A stretch of 56,864 bases of DNA from a virus. Below the pieces are notes generated by a model. The model was given only the letters and a program-made list of their open reading frames with translations. It did not search any database and had not been told where the DNA came from. Below, one piece after another: positions 43,148 to 53,280 of this stretch. Every line of letters begins with the position of its first letter. Within the stretch, counting starts at the first letter, position 1. The position numbers and the translations under genes are program-made. Location of the stretch: the IMG/VR virus record IMGVR_UViG_3300045988_073657. One strand, given 5' to 3'.

Positions 43148-43723
43148 ATGTATGAAAACATGAGTGACATTTTGCATGAGCGCAAAGTCGGTGACTATTC
43201 GTTGGAAAAATTCACGATCGGTCAAAAAGATTTGTATGCTATGGTTCATGGCATATTGCCTGGAAATTATATTCGCCTTACACACCGTAGAGAAGTCGTT
43301 ATGTCTGATACATATATGGAAAAGCGAACAAATGCAAACTTTGTGAAAAACGCACATGGGAATGTACTTATTGGTGGTCTTGGCATAGGAATGATTTTAC
43401 TGGCGATTCAAGACAAAATTGATGTTGATAAAATCGTTGTGGTGGAGAAATCAGAAGAAGTTATTGAGCTGGTAAAAGACCAACTTCCACTTAACAATAA
43501 GGTTGAGATTGTAAATGCTGATGTTTGGGAATATGTACCAGCATTCAAATTTAACACAATCTATATGGACATTTGGAACTATATCAATACTGATGTATAC
43601 AAAGAATCCATGAAACCGCTTATTTCAAGATACAGAAAGTTTCTTGTGACAAAAAAGGAAGATTCCAATAGATATATTGATTGTTGGTGCAGAAATGAAG
43701 CCAAGAACGGAGACAGGATATGA
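43148..43723 (+). CDS. Class I SAM-dependent methyltransferase-like protein
   Basis: VLIGGLGIGM (GxGxG); VVVEKS; NADV; IYMDIW. Confidence 0.45.
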   Translation: MYENMSDILHERKVGDYSLEKFTIGQKDLYAMVHGILPGNYIRLTHRREVVMSDTYMEKRTNANFVKNAHGNVLIGGLGIGMILLAIQDKIDVDKIVVVEKSEEVIELVKDQLPLNNKVEIVNADVWEYVPAFKFNTIYMDIWNYINTDVYKESMKPLISRYRKFLVTKKEDSNRYIDCWCRNEAKNGDRI

Positions 43724-44448
43724 AACTGAAATGTTTAGGCTCCGGTTCTTCCGGTAACTGCTATCTTCTGACGGCAGATAACGGTGAAACGCTTTTACTG
43801 GATGCAGGACTTCCTATCATGGACATAAAACGTGGTCTTGGTTGGAATGTAAAAAATGTGGTGGGTGCAGTAGTAACCCACCACCACAAGGATCATTCTC
43901 AATCGGTAGTGGATTTGGAAGTCATGGGAATACCAGTGTTCAAACCGTATGAAAGTCTTGAACCTATTGCAATCGGAAAATGTGAGTGGAGAATACAGGG
44001 ATTTGACCTGACAACACTGGACGGCAAATGGACGCACACGAATGCAGACGGTACGGAATGTCCTTGTTATGGATTCCTGATAACACATCCGGAAATGGGG
44101 AAACTTCTGTACATTACCGACACGGAGTTTTGCAAGTGGAGATTTACAGATGTGAACCACATTTTAATCTCATGTAACTATCAGAAAAAGTACATTGATG
44201 ATGAAAATGTTGCGAAAAGGAATCACGTTTTTTGTGGTCACATGGAACTTGGAACTGTGAAAGATTTTGTGATGGCTAACAAAACAGATAGCTTGCAAAA
44301 CGTCATATTGTGCCATTTAAGCCGAGATAATGCAGTACCCAGTGAATGTGTCGCAGAGGTCAAAAAGATTGCTCCTATGGCTCATGTGGACGTTGCACAG
44401 GGCGGTAAGGAATGGATTTTGAGGAATGGAAAGGAGTGTCCGTTTTGA
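43720..44448 (+). CDS. MBL-fold metallo-hydrolase (probable nuclease partner of RecT)
   Basis: THHHKDH motif. Confidence 0.75.
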   Translation: MKLKCLGSGSSGNCYLLTADNGETLLLDAGLPIMDIKRGLGWNVKNVVGAVVTHHHKDHSQSVVDLEVMGIPVFKPYESLEPIAIGKCEWRIQGFDLTTLDGKWTHTNADGTECPCYGFLITHPEMGKLLYITDTEFCKWRFTDVNHILISCNYQKKYIDDENVAKRNHVFCGHMELGTVKDFVMANKTDSLQNVILCHLSRDNAVPSECVAEVKKIAPMAHVDVAQGGKEWILRNGKECPF

Positions 44449-44747
44449 GTGGTGGAAGTTTTGGTTATTTGTGCTACAAAGATGTGCCGGAACTGATGAA
44501 TAGTTCAAGCATTGCGAACCTTGAAAAAATGGTTCAGCACTTACAGTCGTATGGTTACGAGGACATAGCACGAGATACACAGCGGTTGATTGAGTATATC
44601 CAGTCGGCAAGTATCAGAATTGAGGTTTTGAGTGAGAATCTTAACGATGTTTTTCATGCGGTAGAGTGGCATGAGAGCGGAGATATTTGCAGAGAGACCA
44701 TGATTGCAGAACTGGAAAAGTACAGAAATGGTGGTGCGAATGGCTGA
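44445..44747 (+). CDS. Hypothetical protein
   Basis: TTG start coupled to the upstream stop. Confidence 0.45.
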   Translation: MSGGSFGYLCYKDVPELMNSSSIANLEKMVQHLQSYGYEDIARDTQRLIEYIQSASIRIEVLSENLNDVFHAVEWHESGDICRETMIAELEKYRNGGANG

Positions 44748-44937
44748 CACATTTTATAGACCACTTACACCACAATTAAGAAGTGAAATAATGCAGAGCA
44801 TTGATTCAAACATATCCGAACTGAATACCTGTCAAAACAATTCTTTAGTCAATATGCAAAAGACAGGATATGGGGCATTGAGAAATATTATAAATGCTTT
44901 GCCGGACGGATATTTGATTCCATTTGAAAGGCGGTGA
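44740..44937 (+). CDS. Hypothetical small protein
   Basis: ATG 44740 after ggtggtg. Confidence 0.45.
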   Translation: MADTFYRPLTPQLRSEIMQSIDSNISELNTCQNNSLVNMQKTGYGALRNIINALPDGYLIPFERR

Positions 44938-45545
44938 AGTGGTTGGCTGATTGGAAGAACGTAGCAAAGGCAAAAGCCATTGAGAAAAAGAACCGTGAGC
45001 GCATACTGACTGTTAATCCTTATGTGGACGAAAAAAGCGGAATCTATTTTCTGACAAGGACAGACGAGGACGGTTTTCGATATGCCTATATCGGGCAAGC
45101 GGTCAATCTGCTTTCAAGGCTTGCCGGACACCTTAAAGGCTATCAGCACATAGACCTGTCAATCAAAAGTCATGGTCTGTATTCTACGGACAACATCTAC
45201 GGTTGGAAAATAGGCTTTATGCACTATTCGGCTGAAGAGTTAGATAAGTGGGAGCAATACTGGATAAAGAAATATGCTGAAGGTGGTTATCAGCTTCGCA
45301 ACAAGACAGCCGGTGGTCAAGGTGATGGAAAGAAGCAGATCGCAGAGTACAGACCGGGAAAAGGTTACCGTGATGGACTGACACAGGGAAGAATCAACCT
45401 TGCAAGGGAACTGGCGAACATTGCAGACAAGCATCTAGTCATCAGTTTGAAGCCTGAGAAGCAGAACAATTCCGTGTCGCAGAAGCAATTTGCGAAGTTT
45501 ATGGAACTTTTGCATGGAGAAAAGGAAGGTGGCAGTGATGAATAA
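44934..45545 (+). CDS. GIY-YIG nuclease
   Basis: SGIYFL...YIGQAVNLLSRLAGH...EQYWIKKY. Confidence 0.7.
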   Translation: MKWLADWKNVAKAKAIEKKNRERILTVNPYVDEKSGIYFLTRTDEDGFRYAYIGQAVNLLSRLAGHLKGYQHIDLSIKSHGLYSTDNIYGWKIGFMHYSAEELDKWEQYWIKKYAEGGYQLRNKTAGGQGDGKKQIAEYRPGKGYRDGLTQGRINLARELANIADKHLVISLKPEKQNNSVSQKQFAKFMELLHGEKEGGSDE

Positions 45546-45735
45546 AACAGACTATGAAGTACTTTTACAATACGTTGAAGAAACTGACAAGGAGTTTTAT
45601 GAATCTCTTTCTACTCAAAAACAAATTATGTATCTTTGCTATCAATATGGAACTGAATCTTTTAAAAAGTACTTGTTTAAGTATAGATTTCAGCAAGTCT
45701 GCAATAAATTAAAGGAGTTTTTCAGAAAATGGTGA
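45538..45735 (+). CDS. Hypothetical small protein
   Basis: ORF 45490..45735 trimmed to ATG 45538. Confidence 0.45.
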   Translation: MNKTDYEVLLQYVEETDKEFYESLSTQKQIMYLCYQYGTESFKKYLFKYRFQQVCNKLKEFFRKW

Positions 45736-45923
45736 AATACGAAGGTGAATGCTGCGGATGTGCAACGGAAGCTTATCCATGTCTCGGCAATAGGTGCCCG
45801 AACATAAATGTGAAACATTTGTATTGCGATGATTGTAAGGAAGAGGTAGAGGAACTTTACGATTTTGACGGTGTCCAGTTGTGTGAGAAATGCCTACTAA
45901 AAAAGTTTGAGAAGATTACATGA
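45729..45923 (+). CDS. Cys-rich small protein
   Basis: 64-aa ORF with several CxxC pairs. Confidence 0.5.
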   Translation: MVKYEGECCGCATEAYPCLGNRCPNINVKHLYCDDCKEEVEELYDFDGVQLCEKCLLKKFEKIT

Positions 45924-45937
45924 TTTGAGGAATGTGT

Positions 45938-46711
45938 ATGCTTGATTTTGGATTTTATAACATGGATTGCTTAGAGGGAATGAAGCTGCTAGATGATAAA
46001 TCGGTAGATATGATTTTTACAGATTTGCCATACGGAACAACACAATGCTCATGGGATACGGTTATTCCGTTTGATTCACTTTGGGAACAATACTGTAGGG
46101 TAATTAAGGATAACGGTGCAATTTTATTATTTGGCGCAGAACCATTCTCTAGTTATTTAAGGCTTAGCAATATAAGTATGTACAAATATGATTGGATATG
46201 GCATAAATCACATCCGAGAGGTCATTTGAACGCAAAAAAGCAGCCGATGAGAGCACATGAGATAATCAGTGTTTTTTACAAAAAACAGCCTACATACAAT
46301 CCTCAGATAACACACGGACACTGCAGAAAGATTTCAAAAAGTGATTTTATCAAGGAATCGAACGGTGATAGTTGTTACGGCCGTGAAGTACGAAAAACCA
46401 GTTATGACAGCACAGACAGATACCCTATTGATGTGCAAACCTTCAGTAGCGGAAGTCAACAAGGAAAAATCCATCCGACGCAAAAGCCGGTATCTTTATG
46501 CGAATACATGATACTAACATATACGAATAATGGAGATCTGGTATTAGATAGTTGCGCTGGTTCATGTACAACAGGTGTTGCTTGCCATAATACTGGAAGA
46601 AATTTTATAGGCTTTGAAAAAGATAAAAGCATATATGAAAGAGGGCTGAACAGATATAAAGAAGAAACAGAACAATTAAATATATTCGATTTGCAAAACA
46701 TCAGAACTTGA
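45938..46711 (+). CDS. DNA N6-adenine/N4-cytosine methyltransferase (beta class)
   Basis: TDLPYG (DPPY-like) N-terminal; DSCAGSCTTGVA...GFEKD C-terminal. Confidence 0.8.
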   Translation: MLDFGFYNMDCLEGMKLLDDKSVDMIFTDLPYGTTQCSWDTVIPFDSLWEQYCRVIKDNGAILLFGAEPFSSYLRLSNISMYKYDWIWHKSHPRGHLNAKKQPMRAHEIISVFYKKQPTYNPQITHGHCRKISKSDFIKESNGDSCYGREVRKTSYDSTDRYPIDVQTFSSGSQQGKIHPTQKPVSLCEYMILTYTNNGDLVLDSCAGSCTTGVACHNTGRNFIGFEKDKSIYERGLNRYKEETEQLNIFDLQNIRT

Positions 46712-46728
46712 AAAGAGGTGACATAAAA

Positions 46729-47292
46729 ATGCCAAAACATTATGACAACCCACAAGCCATACTTCGTCTGAGACGTGAGACAGAACTTTTGAGACAATCA
46801 GCCGAAAGAAGTCCATTCACCGGAATACTGACACTGTTCTGTTATACCTTGTGGAAAGACTACAAGTACTCACAGACGAAACTTTCCGACTTCTGCGGTA
46901 AATTTACCGAGTACAACGAAAAGTACGAGAATGAGCCTTTTACGGAGTTGCAGAGCAGACTTAACGATTTTGCAGACTGGACGATTGAGTACAAGGAATT
47001 TACAGAAGCTGATTATCCACATTACAAGTCGGTTGTAGCGCAGAAATGCATCCGGGAACAGGTCAGATGCAACAACAGAATCAATGATTTGTCCACAAGG
47101 TACATCCTATATGGAATGGTGATTCTTATGGAAGATGGTTTTGGTAAAAAGAAACTTACGAATTTCAAGGATAAGTTTTCTGACCATATGGACAAAGCCG
47201 GAGACAAGTGCAACGGAAAAGATTTCATGGACTTGTGGAAAGAACTGGTGGAAAACACCGGAATCTATATAGAGAAGCCTATTTTTGAGTAA
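46729..47292 (+). CDS. Hypothetical protein
   Basis: ATG 46729 after agaggtga. Confidence 0.55.
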   Translation: MPKHYDNPQAILRLRRETELLRQSAERSPFTGILTLFCYTLWKDYKYSQTKLSDFCGKFTEYNEKYENEPFTELQSRLNDFADWTIEYKEFTEADYPHYKSVVAQKCIREQVRCNNRINDLSTRYILYGMVILMEDGFGKKKLTNFKDKFSDHMDKAGDKCNGKDFMDLWKELVENTGIYIEKPIFE

Positions 47293-47302
47293 GGAGTTCT
47301 AA

Positions 47303-47725
47303 ATGGCAGAAAAAAGAATGTTCAGCGCAAAAATAATTGAGAGTGATGCTTTTTTGGATATTCCTGCTACGGCTCAAATGCTTTATTTCCATATCTGCAT
47401 GAACGCTGACGATGACGGATTTGTGAACAACCAACGGAAAATTATAAGGATGTGCGGTGCTTCTGATGATGATTTGAAATCATTGATAGACAATAGATTC
47501 CTTTTATCTTTCGATAGTGGTGTTATGCTTGTAAAACACTGGCGCATTCACAACTACATTCCACCGGATCGTTACAAGCCATCGTGCTACGTGGATGAAA
47601 AAAGCAAAATAGGTGTAAAACTAAACGGAGCATACACCACAGACCCTAAAAAGATGATTTCTCCCGTAGAGGGAAATCCAAAGAAGCGTTGTTACGACAA
47701 CGAAATCAAACTTGATAAGAGGTGA
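47303..47725 (+). CDS. Replisome organizer N-terminal domain protein
   Basis: KRMFSAKIIESDAFLDIPATAQMLYFHICMNADDDGFV...HWRIHNYI. Confidence 0.75.
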   Translation: MAEKRMFSAKIIESDAFLDIPATAQMLYFHICMNADDDGFVNNQRKIIRMCGASDDDLKSLIDNRFLLSFDSGVMLVKHWRIHNYIPPDRYKPSCYVDEKSKIGVKLNGAYTTDPKKMISPVEGNPKKRCYDNEIKLDKR

Positions 47726-47730
47726 TATAA

Positions 47731-48033
47731 ATGCAGATGACAGGTTATGAATTGTTGGAAAATTATGAAAAAGCGGAGGATAAGGACAAACAGATTCAGA
47801 TTCTTGCGGATTTGAACCACATTCCGTTTGATATGGTGAGTTTTGTGATTGATAACAGTGAGAAATTCGATGCTTCAGAGACACCGTTATCCACAGAAGA
47901 ATTTGCAAAGTGGTGTGAGACTGAACTTGACCGTGTGGATGCTCATATCCATGCACAGGAAAAATATTATAGAGAAATTTGCAATGTATACAGAATTGCA
48001 AGTACATACGGGAAAAGGAGTGCAAAATCGTGA
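47731..48033 (+). CDS. Hypothetical protein
   Basis: 100-aa ORF. Confidence 0.5.
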   Translation: MQMTGYELLENYEKAEDKDKQIQILADLNHIPFDMVSFVIDNSEKFDASETPLSTEEFAKWCETELDRVDAHIHAQEKYYREICNVYRIASTYGKRSAKS

Positions 48034-48181
48034 GCAGAGGATTTCATAGCGAGAATGAATTATATAGTATGCAAAACAGCATTACAGTAGGGCATTTTGA
48101 CCACTGGAATCATATACCGTATGACTGCAGCTATCCTCAATTTGCAGATAGACCGAGGATTGCGGTGGAAAGGAGTGAATC

Positions 48182-48421
48182 ATGGAAAGATTGACATACG
48201 TCACAGAAAAAGGTGAAGTTTTATTTCATCCGGAAGATTTGCCGGATGATGAAGGTATGACCATTACGCAACTTGCTAAAGATGGCAGATTCAAAGCGTT
48301 GGAAATAATAGCTGAAAGACTTGCAAATTATGAGCAAGTAGAGGAACTTGGCAGATACGGCAAGTGGATTGCGGAAAGGAACAAAGATGGAGAGACTGAC
48401 GAAAAGAGAAAGAAATTCTAA
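48182..48421 (+). CDS. Hypothetical protein (MERLT... family)
   Basis: 79-aa ORF. Confidence 0.5.
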   Translation: MERLTYVTEKGEVLFHPEDLPDDEGMTITQLAKDGRFKALEIIAERLANYEQVEELGRYGKWIAERNKDGETDEKRKKF

Positions 48422-48794
48422 TGGCACTGCTATAAGCAAAAAGTCAATGATAGACAGAGAAGGATATCCTGGGGTAAGTGATTATGCATCAAAAGTACTT
48501 ACAAAATTAGCATCCTATGAGGATGACGAGGAACAGGGATTGCTACTGCGGTTGCCGTGCAAGGTGGGAGATACATTATATTGTATAACTCCATATGTAA
48601 AAGAACCGATTATTACAGCACATGTTTTACAAATGAATATCAAGCAGTTTTACAATAAAAGAATCATTGTAAGAATTGATGTCATGAATAAAATGGGTGA
48701 AAGCTGTTATTTCTTAGATGATATAGGTAAAAAAATATTTTTATCCAGAGAGGAAGCCGAAGGCAAGCTTGCAGAAATGGAGGGTGCGGAATGA
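48387..48794 (+). CDS. Hypothetical protein (MERLT... paralogue)
   Basis: ORF 48348..48794 trimmed to ATG 48387. Confidence 0.5.
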   Translation: MERLTKRERNSNGTAISKKSMIDREGYPGVSDYASKVLTKLASYEDDEEQGLLLRLPCKVGDTLYCITPYVKEPIITAHVLQMNIKQFYNKRIIVRIDVMNKMGESCYFLDDIGKKIFLSREEAEGKLAEMEGAE

Positions 48795-49126
48795 AGAGAG
48801 AAGAAGCTATTAAAGCAATAGAAGACAACAGACCGAGAAGCGGTTACATTATTTTGAATGAGGCATTGGACATGGCAATCACAGCATTGCAGAATCAGCC
48901 GGTGTGGATTCCGGTTAGCGAGAGACTGCCGGAAGAAGGTAACGGATACTATCCGATAAATATGGTTACTCTTGATACTGGGGAAGTGTGTATTGGAGTT
49001 TACCGACATGACAGCAAAGAATGGTGGACGAGAATGAACGAAGGCGAAACTTTATACAGTACAGATCATGTGGTTTTAGCTTGGATGCCACTGCCGGAGC
49101 CGTACCGGGAAAGTGAGGGAAAATGA
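48791..49126 (+). CDS. DUF551-like protein
   Basis: WIPVSERLPEE...VLAWMPLPEPY. Confidence 0.6.
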   Translation: MKREEAIKAIEDNRPRSGYIILNEALDMAITALQNQPVWIPVSERLPEEGNGYYPINMVTLDTGEVCIGVYRHDSKEWWTRMNEGETLYSTDHVVLAWMPLPEPYRESEGK

Positions 49127-49419
49127 TGGCAAAGTGTAAGAATTGCAAACATCTGCATACCATGTACGACTGTAGAGATGAATCATTTAAGTGGTGTGCA
49201 TATATAAATGACAATCCGCATGAGGATATAGAAAGAGACTGCGAGCACTACGTACCTATGATCAACGCAGACCGGATCAGGAGAATGACGGACGAAGAAC
49301 TGGCGATGGCGCTATTATGTGTCCTGCGGAATTTATTAAAAAGTGACAAGGTATGCGATTTTAGCCATGATTGTAAGGATTGTACGATGACATGGTTACA
49401 GAAAGAAAGCGAGGAGTAG
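49123..49419 (+). CDS. Hypothetical Cys-rich protein
   Basis: 98-aa ORF. Confidence 0.5.
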   Translation: MMAKCKNCKHLHTMYDCRDESFKWCAYINDNPHEDIERDCEHYVPMINADRIRRMTDEELAMALLCVLRNLLKSDKVCDFSHDCKDCTMTWLQKESEE

Positions 49420-49421
49420 CC

Positions 49422-49775
49422 ATGACGGAGAATGAAGCAATCAAAGAACTTGAGACATCTATTGATTTAGCCAAAATGTGTACACAAAATTACGAGAGAA
49501 AAAACGAAATCCAAGGTTACGAGATGGCAATCAAGGCACTGGAAGAGGTGCAGCAGTACCGCCAGATCGGCACGGTGGAGGAATGCCGTGAAGCTGTGGA
49601 AAAGCAGACAGCAAAGAAACCAACACTTATTGATTATAAAAAATATACAAATTTCGTAGATAATGCAGATTTTCTTCAAGATGCATATTGGTGTCCTAAT
49701 TGCAAACGAGTTGTAAGAAGCGGTTCTTTTTGTAGAGATTGTGGACAGCACATTGATTGGAGTGATGAAGAATGA
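49422..49775 (+). CDS. Hypothetical protein with C-terminal zinc ribbon
   Basis: ATG 49422; CPNC...CRDC. Confidence 0.5.
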   Translation: MTENEAIKELETSIDLAKMCTQNYERKNEIQGYEMAIKALEEVQQYRQIGTVEECREAVEKQTAKKPTLIDYKKYTNFVDNADFLQDAYWCPNCKRVVRSGSFCRDCGQHIDWSDEE

Positions 49776-49942
49776 GAGAAGAACTTAAACCGTGTCCATC
49801 ATGTAAGAAAAAAAGTGCTATCTTATGCGAATTTTACGTAAAATGCATGAATTGTGGAAGAATGATGATGTTGAAAGAAGATTACAATGAAGAAAAGCTG
49901 ATTGAAGCATGGAACAGGAGGGCGAACGATGAGACTGATTGA
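49772..49942 (+). CDS. Lar-like restriction alleviation protein
   Basis: Hand translation MREELKPCPSCKKK...CMNCG...LIEAWNRRA. Confidence 0.55.
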   Translation: MREELKPCPSCKKKSAILCEFYVKCMNCGRMMMLKEDYNEEKLIEAWNRRANDETD

Positions 49943-50258
49943 TGCGAGCGAATTGAAGGATTTTTTCTTTTCAGAGACAAGTGGTACAGAAGAAATCATT
50001 CACGATTTAATGCAAAAACATGGGTTAAATTATGCCAATGGCGTAAACGAAGATACAGTTATGTATTTTGCAATAGATTTTCTGGAAAGAGTGCAGAATG
50101 TCATTGATACACAGCCGACCGCCTACGATCCGGACAAGGTTGTAGATCAGTTAAACGACAAGTTCAGAGTCGTGCGAACTGATGAAGACTTGGAATGGAA
50201 CAGGGCAATGGATGAAGCAATTACAATCGTGAACGGAGGTGGAGTAGATGGCAATTAA
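49929..50258 (+). CDS. Hypothetical protein
   Basis: ATG 49929. Confidence 0.5.
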   Translation: MRLIDASELKDFFFSETSGTEEIIHDLMQKHGLNYANGVNEDTVMYFAIDFLERVQNVIDTQPTAYDPDKVVDQLNDKFRVVRTDEDLEWNRAMDEAITIVNGGGVDGN

Positions 50259-50943
50259 ACCGATTTTATTCAATACAGAAATGGTTAGGGCAAATCTGGA
50301 CGGGAGAAAGAGCTGCACCAGACGGATTGTGAAACCACAGCCGCAAGGCAGACTGTGCTATACATTCGCAGGGGGTGATTGCGGTACTTGGGGATATCCA
50401 AGCAAAACAGCATATGAAAACTGGGGAGATGAATACAAACTTCCAGAGGATATCACGGATGAAGAACTAAAAAGAAGGTGGAATCCACCATATCATACAG
50501 ATGATATCCTTTATGTCCGAGAAACATGGGAACATTTTGAATGTTGTTGTTGTGAGGGAGACGAACATGGAAATTGTTACCGAGAACCACAACAGAGCGT
50601 CTTGAATAAAAGCTGTGGCTGTTATATGTACCGGGCAACAGATGAAATATATGGAGATGCAAGGTGGCACCCCTCCATCCACATGCCGAAAGAAGCCGCA
50701 CGTATCTGGCTTAAGGTTACGGATGTGAGGGTGGAGCGGTTACAGGATATGTGGGCGAGCGATGTATCAAAAGAAGGGATACGGTTTAATAAACCAACAG
50801 CAGCCGATGAAATGTTAAAAGCATTTGCCAAGTTGTGGGATTCCACCATCAAAAAAACTGTTCTTGACCGCTACGGATGGGATGCGAATCCGTGGGTATG
50901 GGTTATCGAATTTGAGCGGTGCGAGAAACCGGAAGGAGTGTGA
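50248..50943 (+). CDS. ASCH/PUA-like domain protein (tentative)
   Basis: KPILFNTEMVRANLDGRKSCTRRIVKPQP N-terminus. Confidence 0.35.
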   Translation: MAIKPILFNTEMVRANLDGRKSCTRRIVKPQPQGRLCYTFAGGDCGTWGYPSKTAYENWGDEYKLPEDITDEELKRRWNPPYHTDDILYVRETWEHFECCCCEGDEHGNCYREPQQSVLNKSCGCYMYRATDEIYGDARWHPSIHMPKEAARIWLKVTDVRVERLQDMWASDVSKEGIRFNKPTAADEMLKAFAKLWDSTIKKTVLDRYGWDANPWVWVIEFERCEKPEGV

Positions 50944-50946
50944 GAT

Positions 50947-51273
50947 ATGGCTAAAGCAGTATTGGTAATGGATATGCCGGAAACCTGTGAAAATTGCGCT
51001 TGCAAATATCCCAGTTATAAAGATGATGCTCTTTACGACTGCGCAATTACAGGGAAGACGATTCCAATAAATGGTGGGCGCTACAAAAATAGACCTAAAT
51101 GGTGTCCGCTCCGTGAACTGCCGGAGAAAATGGATTGCTTTGCGGAAGCAATTAAGAACGATTGTTACGATGGAACGGAATACGAGCATGAGTATTTAGA
51201 TGGAAAGAGTGATGGCTGGAATTCCTGCTTGGATGAAATCTTAAAGGAGTGTGATGCAGATGAAAACTATTGA
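50947..51273 (+). CDS. Hypothetical Cys-rich protein
   Basis: 108-aa ORF. Confidence 0.5.
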   Translation: MAKAVLVMDMPETCENCACKYPSYKDDALYDCAITGKTIPINGGRYKNRPKWCPLRELPEKMDCFAEAIKNDCYDGTEYEHEYLDGKSDGWNSCLDEILKECDADENY

Positions 51274-51430
51274 TTACACCGCCCTGTACGAGCAGAATGA
51301 GGACTTCAAGAGGTACGTTGACCGATACTGCACCAAGCACAGAATCAGATTTGCAGAAGCCTTACAGCATTACCTGGTGCAGATGGCGGGGAAGATGTAC
51401 AAGGAGCAGATGGATAACAAGGTAGAATAG
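51260..51430 (+). CDS. 56-aa ORF (below the track cutoff)
   Basis: Hand translation MKTIDYTALYEQNEDFKRYVDRYCTKH... Confidence 0.4.
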   Translation: MKTIDYTALYEQNEDFKRYVDRYCTKHRIRFAEALQHYLVQMAGKMYKEQMDNKVE

Positions 51431-51490
51431 ATCAGAAAGGAGTAAGAGGTTTGCTGGCCAGCGTGAAAGACGTCTTTACTTCGATTAAAA

Positions 51491-52522
51491 ATGAGTGATT
51501 TATCAGTTTTTAACTATGATTGCCAAAATCAGTTAAGCATTTTTGATTTTGTACGACAACCAATCAGCATTGAAAAACCTATCCGTCTTATTGAATTATT
51601 CGCCGGGTACGGTTCACAGGCAATGGCACTGAAACGTATCGGTGCGAAATTTGAGCATTACAGAGTTGTGGAGTTTGATAAGTATGCCATAGCAAGTTAT
51701 AACGCTGTGCATGGCACTGATTTTCCAACAATGGATATAACACAGGTTCATGCAGATGATTTGAATATCTGCGATACGGAAGCCTTCACTTACTTACTTA
51801 CTTACTCATTTCCATGCACCGATTTATCGGTTGCCGGAAAGCAAATGGGAATGAGCAAAGGTAGTGGAACAAGAAGCGGTTTACTGTGGGAAGTGGAACG
51901 GATTCTGACGGAAATACATGAAAGTGGTGGTGAATTACCGCAGATTCTGTTCATGGAAAATGTTCCGCAAGTCCACGGAAAAGCAAATATGCCGGACTTT
52001 CAGAAATGGATCGATTTTCTTTCAAGTCTTGGATATGTAAGTTACTGGCAGGACTTAAATGCAAAGAACTACGGAGTTGCACAGAATCGTGAAAGATGTT
52101 TTATGTTTTCATTTTTGGGAGAGTACAATTACCATTTCCCCGAACCGGTTCCATTAAAAAAGAAACTGAAAGACTACTTAGAGGAAAATGTGGAAGAAAA
52201 GTATTACATCAACAATGAAAAGGCACAAAAGCTAATAAAACAGCTTATTGAAAACGGAACGCTGCCAAAGAACAATCATGAGAGCAGACTTGCATTGACG
52301 GAACAATCTGCAATCCACATCAGAGAGACATTGCAAACTGCATCACTGCAAGATATGACTGCGGAATCTCAAACCAACAGCAAGTCGGAAACATGGTTGC
52401 AGAAAATCTGTATTGATACAAGCATGAGTGGGTTAGAAAATGGTGCAATTAGAATATATAAATCAGTTGCACCGTCAATTACAGCAAGAGAATATAAAGA
52501 GCCAAGAATGATATTGGAGTGA
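51491..52522 (+). CDS. DNA cytosine-5 methyltransferase, N-terminal part (motifs I-VIII plus TRD-like region)
   Basis: ELFAGYGS, FPCTDLS, ENV, QNRER. Confidence 0.85.
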   Translation: MSDLSVFNYDCQNQLSIFDFVRQPISIEKPIRLIELFAGYGSQAMALKRIGAKFEHYRVVEFDKYAIASYNAVHGTDFPTMDITQVHADDLNICDTEAFTYLLTYSFPCTDLSVAGKQMGMSKGSGTRSGLLWEVERILTEIHESGGELPQILFMENVPQVHGKANMPDFQKWIDFLSSLGYVSYWQDLNAKNYGVAQNRERCFMFSFLGEYNYHFPEPVPLKKKLKDYLEENVEEKYYINNEKAQKLIKQLIENGTLPKNNHESRLALTEQSAIHIRETLQTASLQDMTAESQTNSKSETWLQKICIDTSMSGLENGAIRIYKSVAPSITAREYKEPRMILE

Positions 52523-52526
52523 TTGA

Positions 52527-53100
52527 ATGGAAGTAATGGGCAGTATATACACAGGAGTAACAGCAGATTTTCAGCGAGGTGTGTATCCGATTGCAAGGTG
52601 TGTGAAAGCTGAACAGCATGATTTAGGAGTAGTTATGCGAGATGTAAATATTTTAGGCTCTCTTGAAGCAAAATTTGAGAGTACCAATAGAATTTATGAT
52701 GTGGGGGGGGTGTAGTCCAACATTGAGTACAATGCAAGGTGGCAATCAAGAACCAAAAATTCTTGAAAGTCAGATAGTTGCCATGCGTGGCAGAAACCAG
52801 GATAATCCGTCTGACAGGACCAGTGGAATTCCGACAGAACAGAGGTTAGAACCGAATATGAGTGGAACGAGTAATTGCCTGACAAGTGTGCAGAAAGATA
52901 ATCTCGTACTTGAACCAAAATACAGGATTAGGAAGTTGACTCCGAGAGAATGCGGTAGGCTCATGGGAGTATCAGACGAGGATATATCCAAAATGGCAGC
53001 ATTGAACAGCAACACGCAGCTTTACAAACAATTTGGAAATAGCATTGTGGTAGATGTCATGTGCGCAATGTTCCGCAATCTGAATATCAATCAAAAGTAA
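52527..53100 (+). pseudogene. DNA cytosine-5 methyltransferase, C-terminal part (TRD plus motifs IX-X), frameshifted at a G8 tract (52703-52710)
   Basis: ORFs 52527..52715 and 52663..53100; ...RIYDVGG | CSPTL... is restored by deleting one G; RKLTPRECGRLMG and GNSIVV. Confidence 0.75.
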
Positions 53101-53280
53101 GGTACACACAAATGAACAAAATACAGCACATATCAGTAGGAAACATCATCAAGAACGAGGAAACAGCCTATGATGGATTTGGCTTAAAGGACAAAATCAC
53201 AAGGGACTAAAATTAGGAACTAAAAAGTGAAATTGAGATTTGAGTTGTTATTTTAGTTACTTAGAATTTAGGAGGTAGAG

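Noticed and set aside
53112-53210. 32-aa ORF MNKIQHISVGNIIKNEETAYDGFGLKDKITRD
   Set aside because: There is no convincing RBS and the ORF is short. It is left unannotated.
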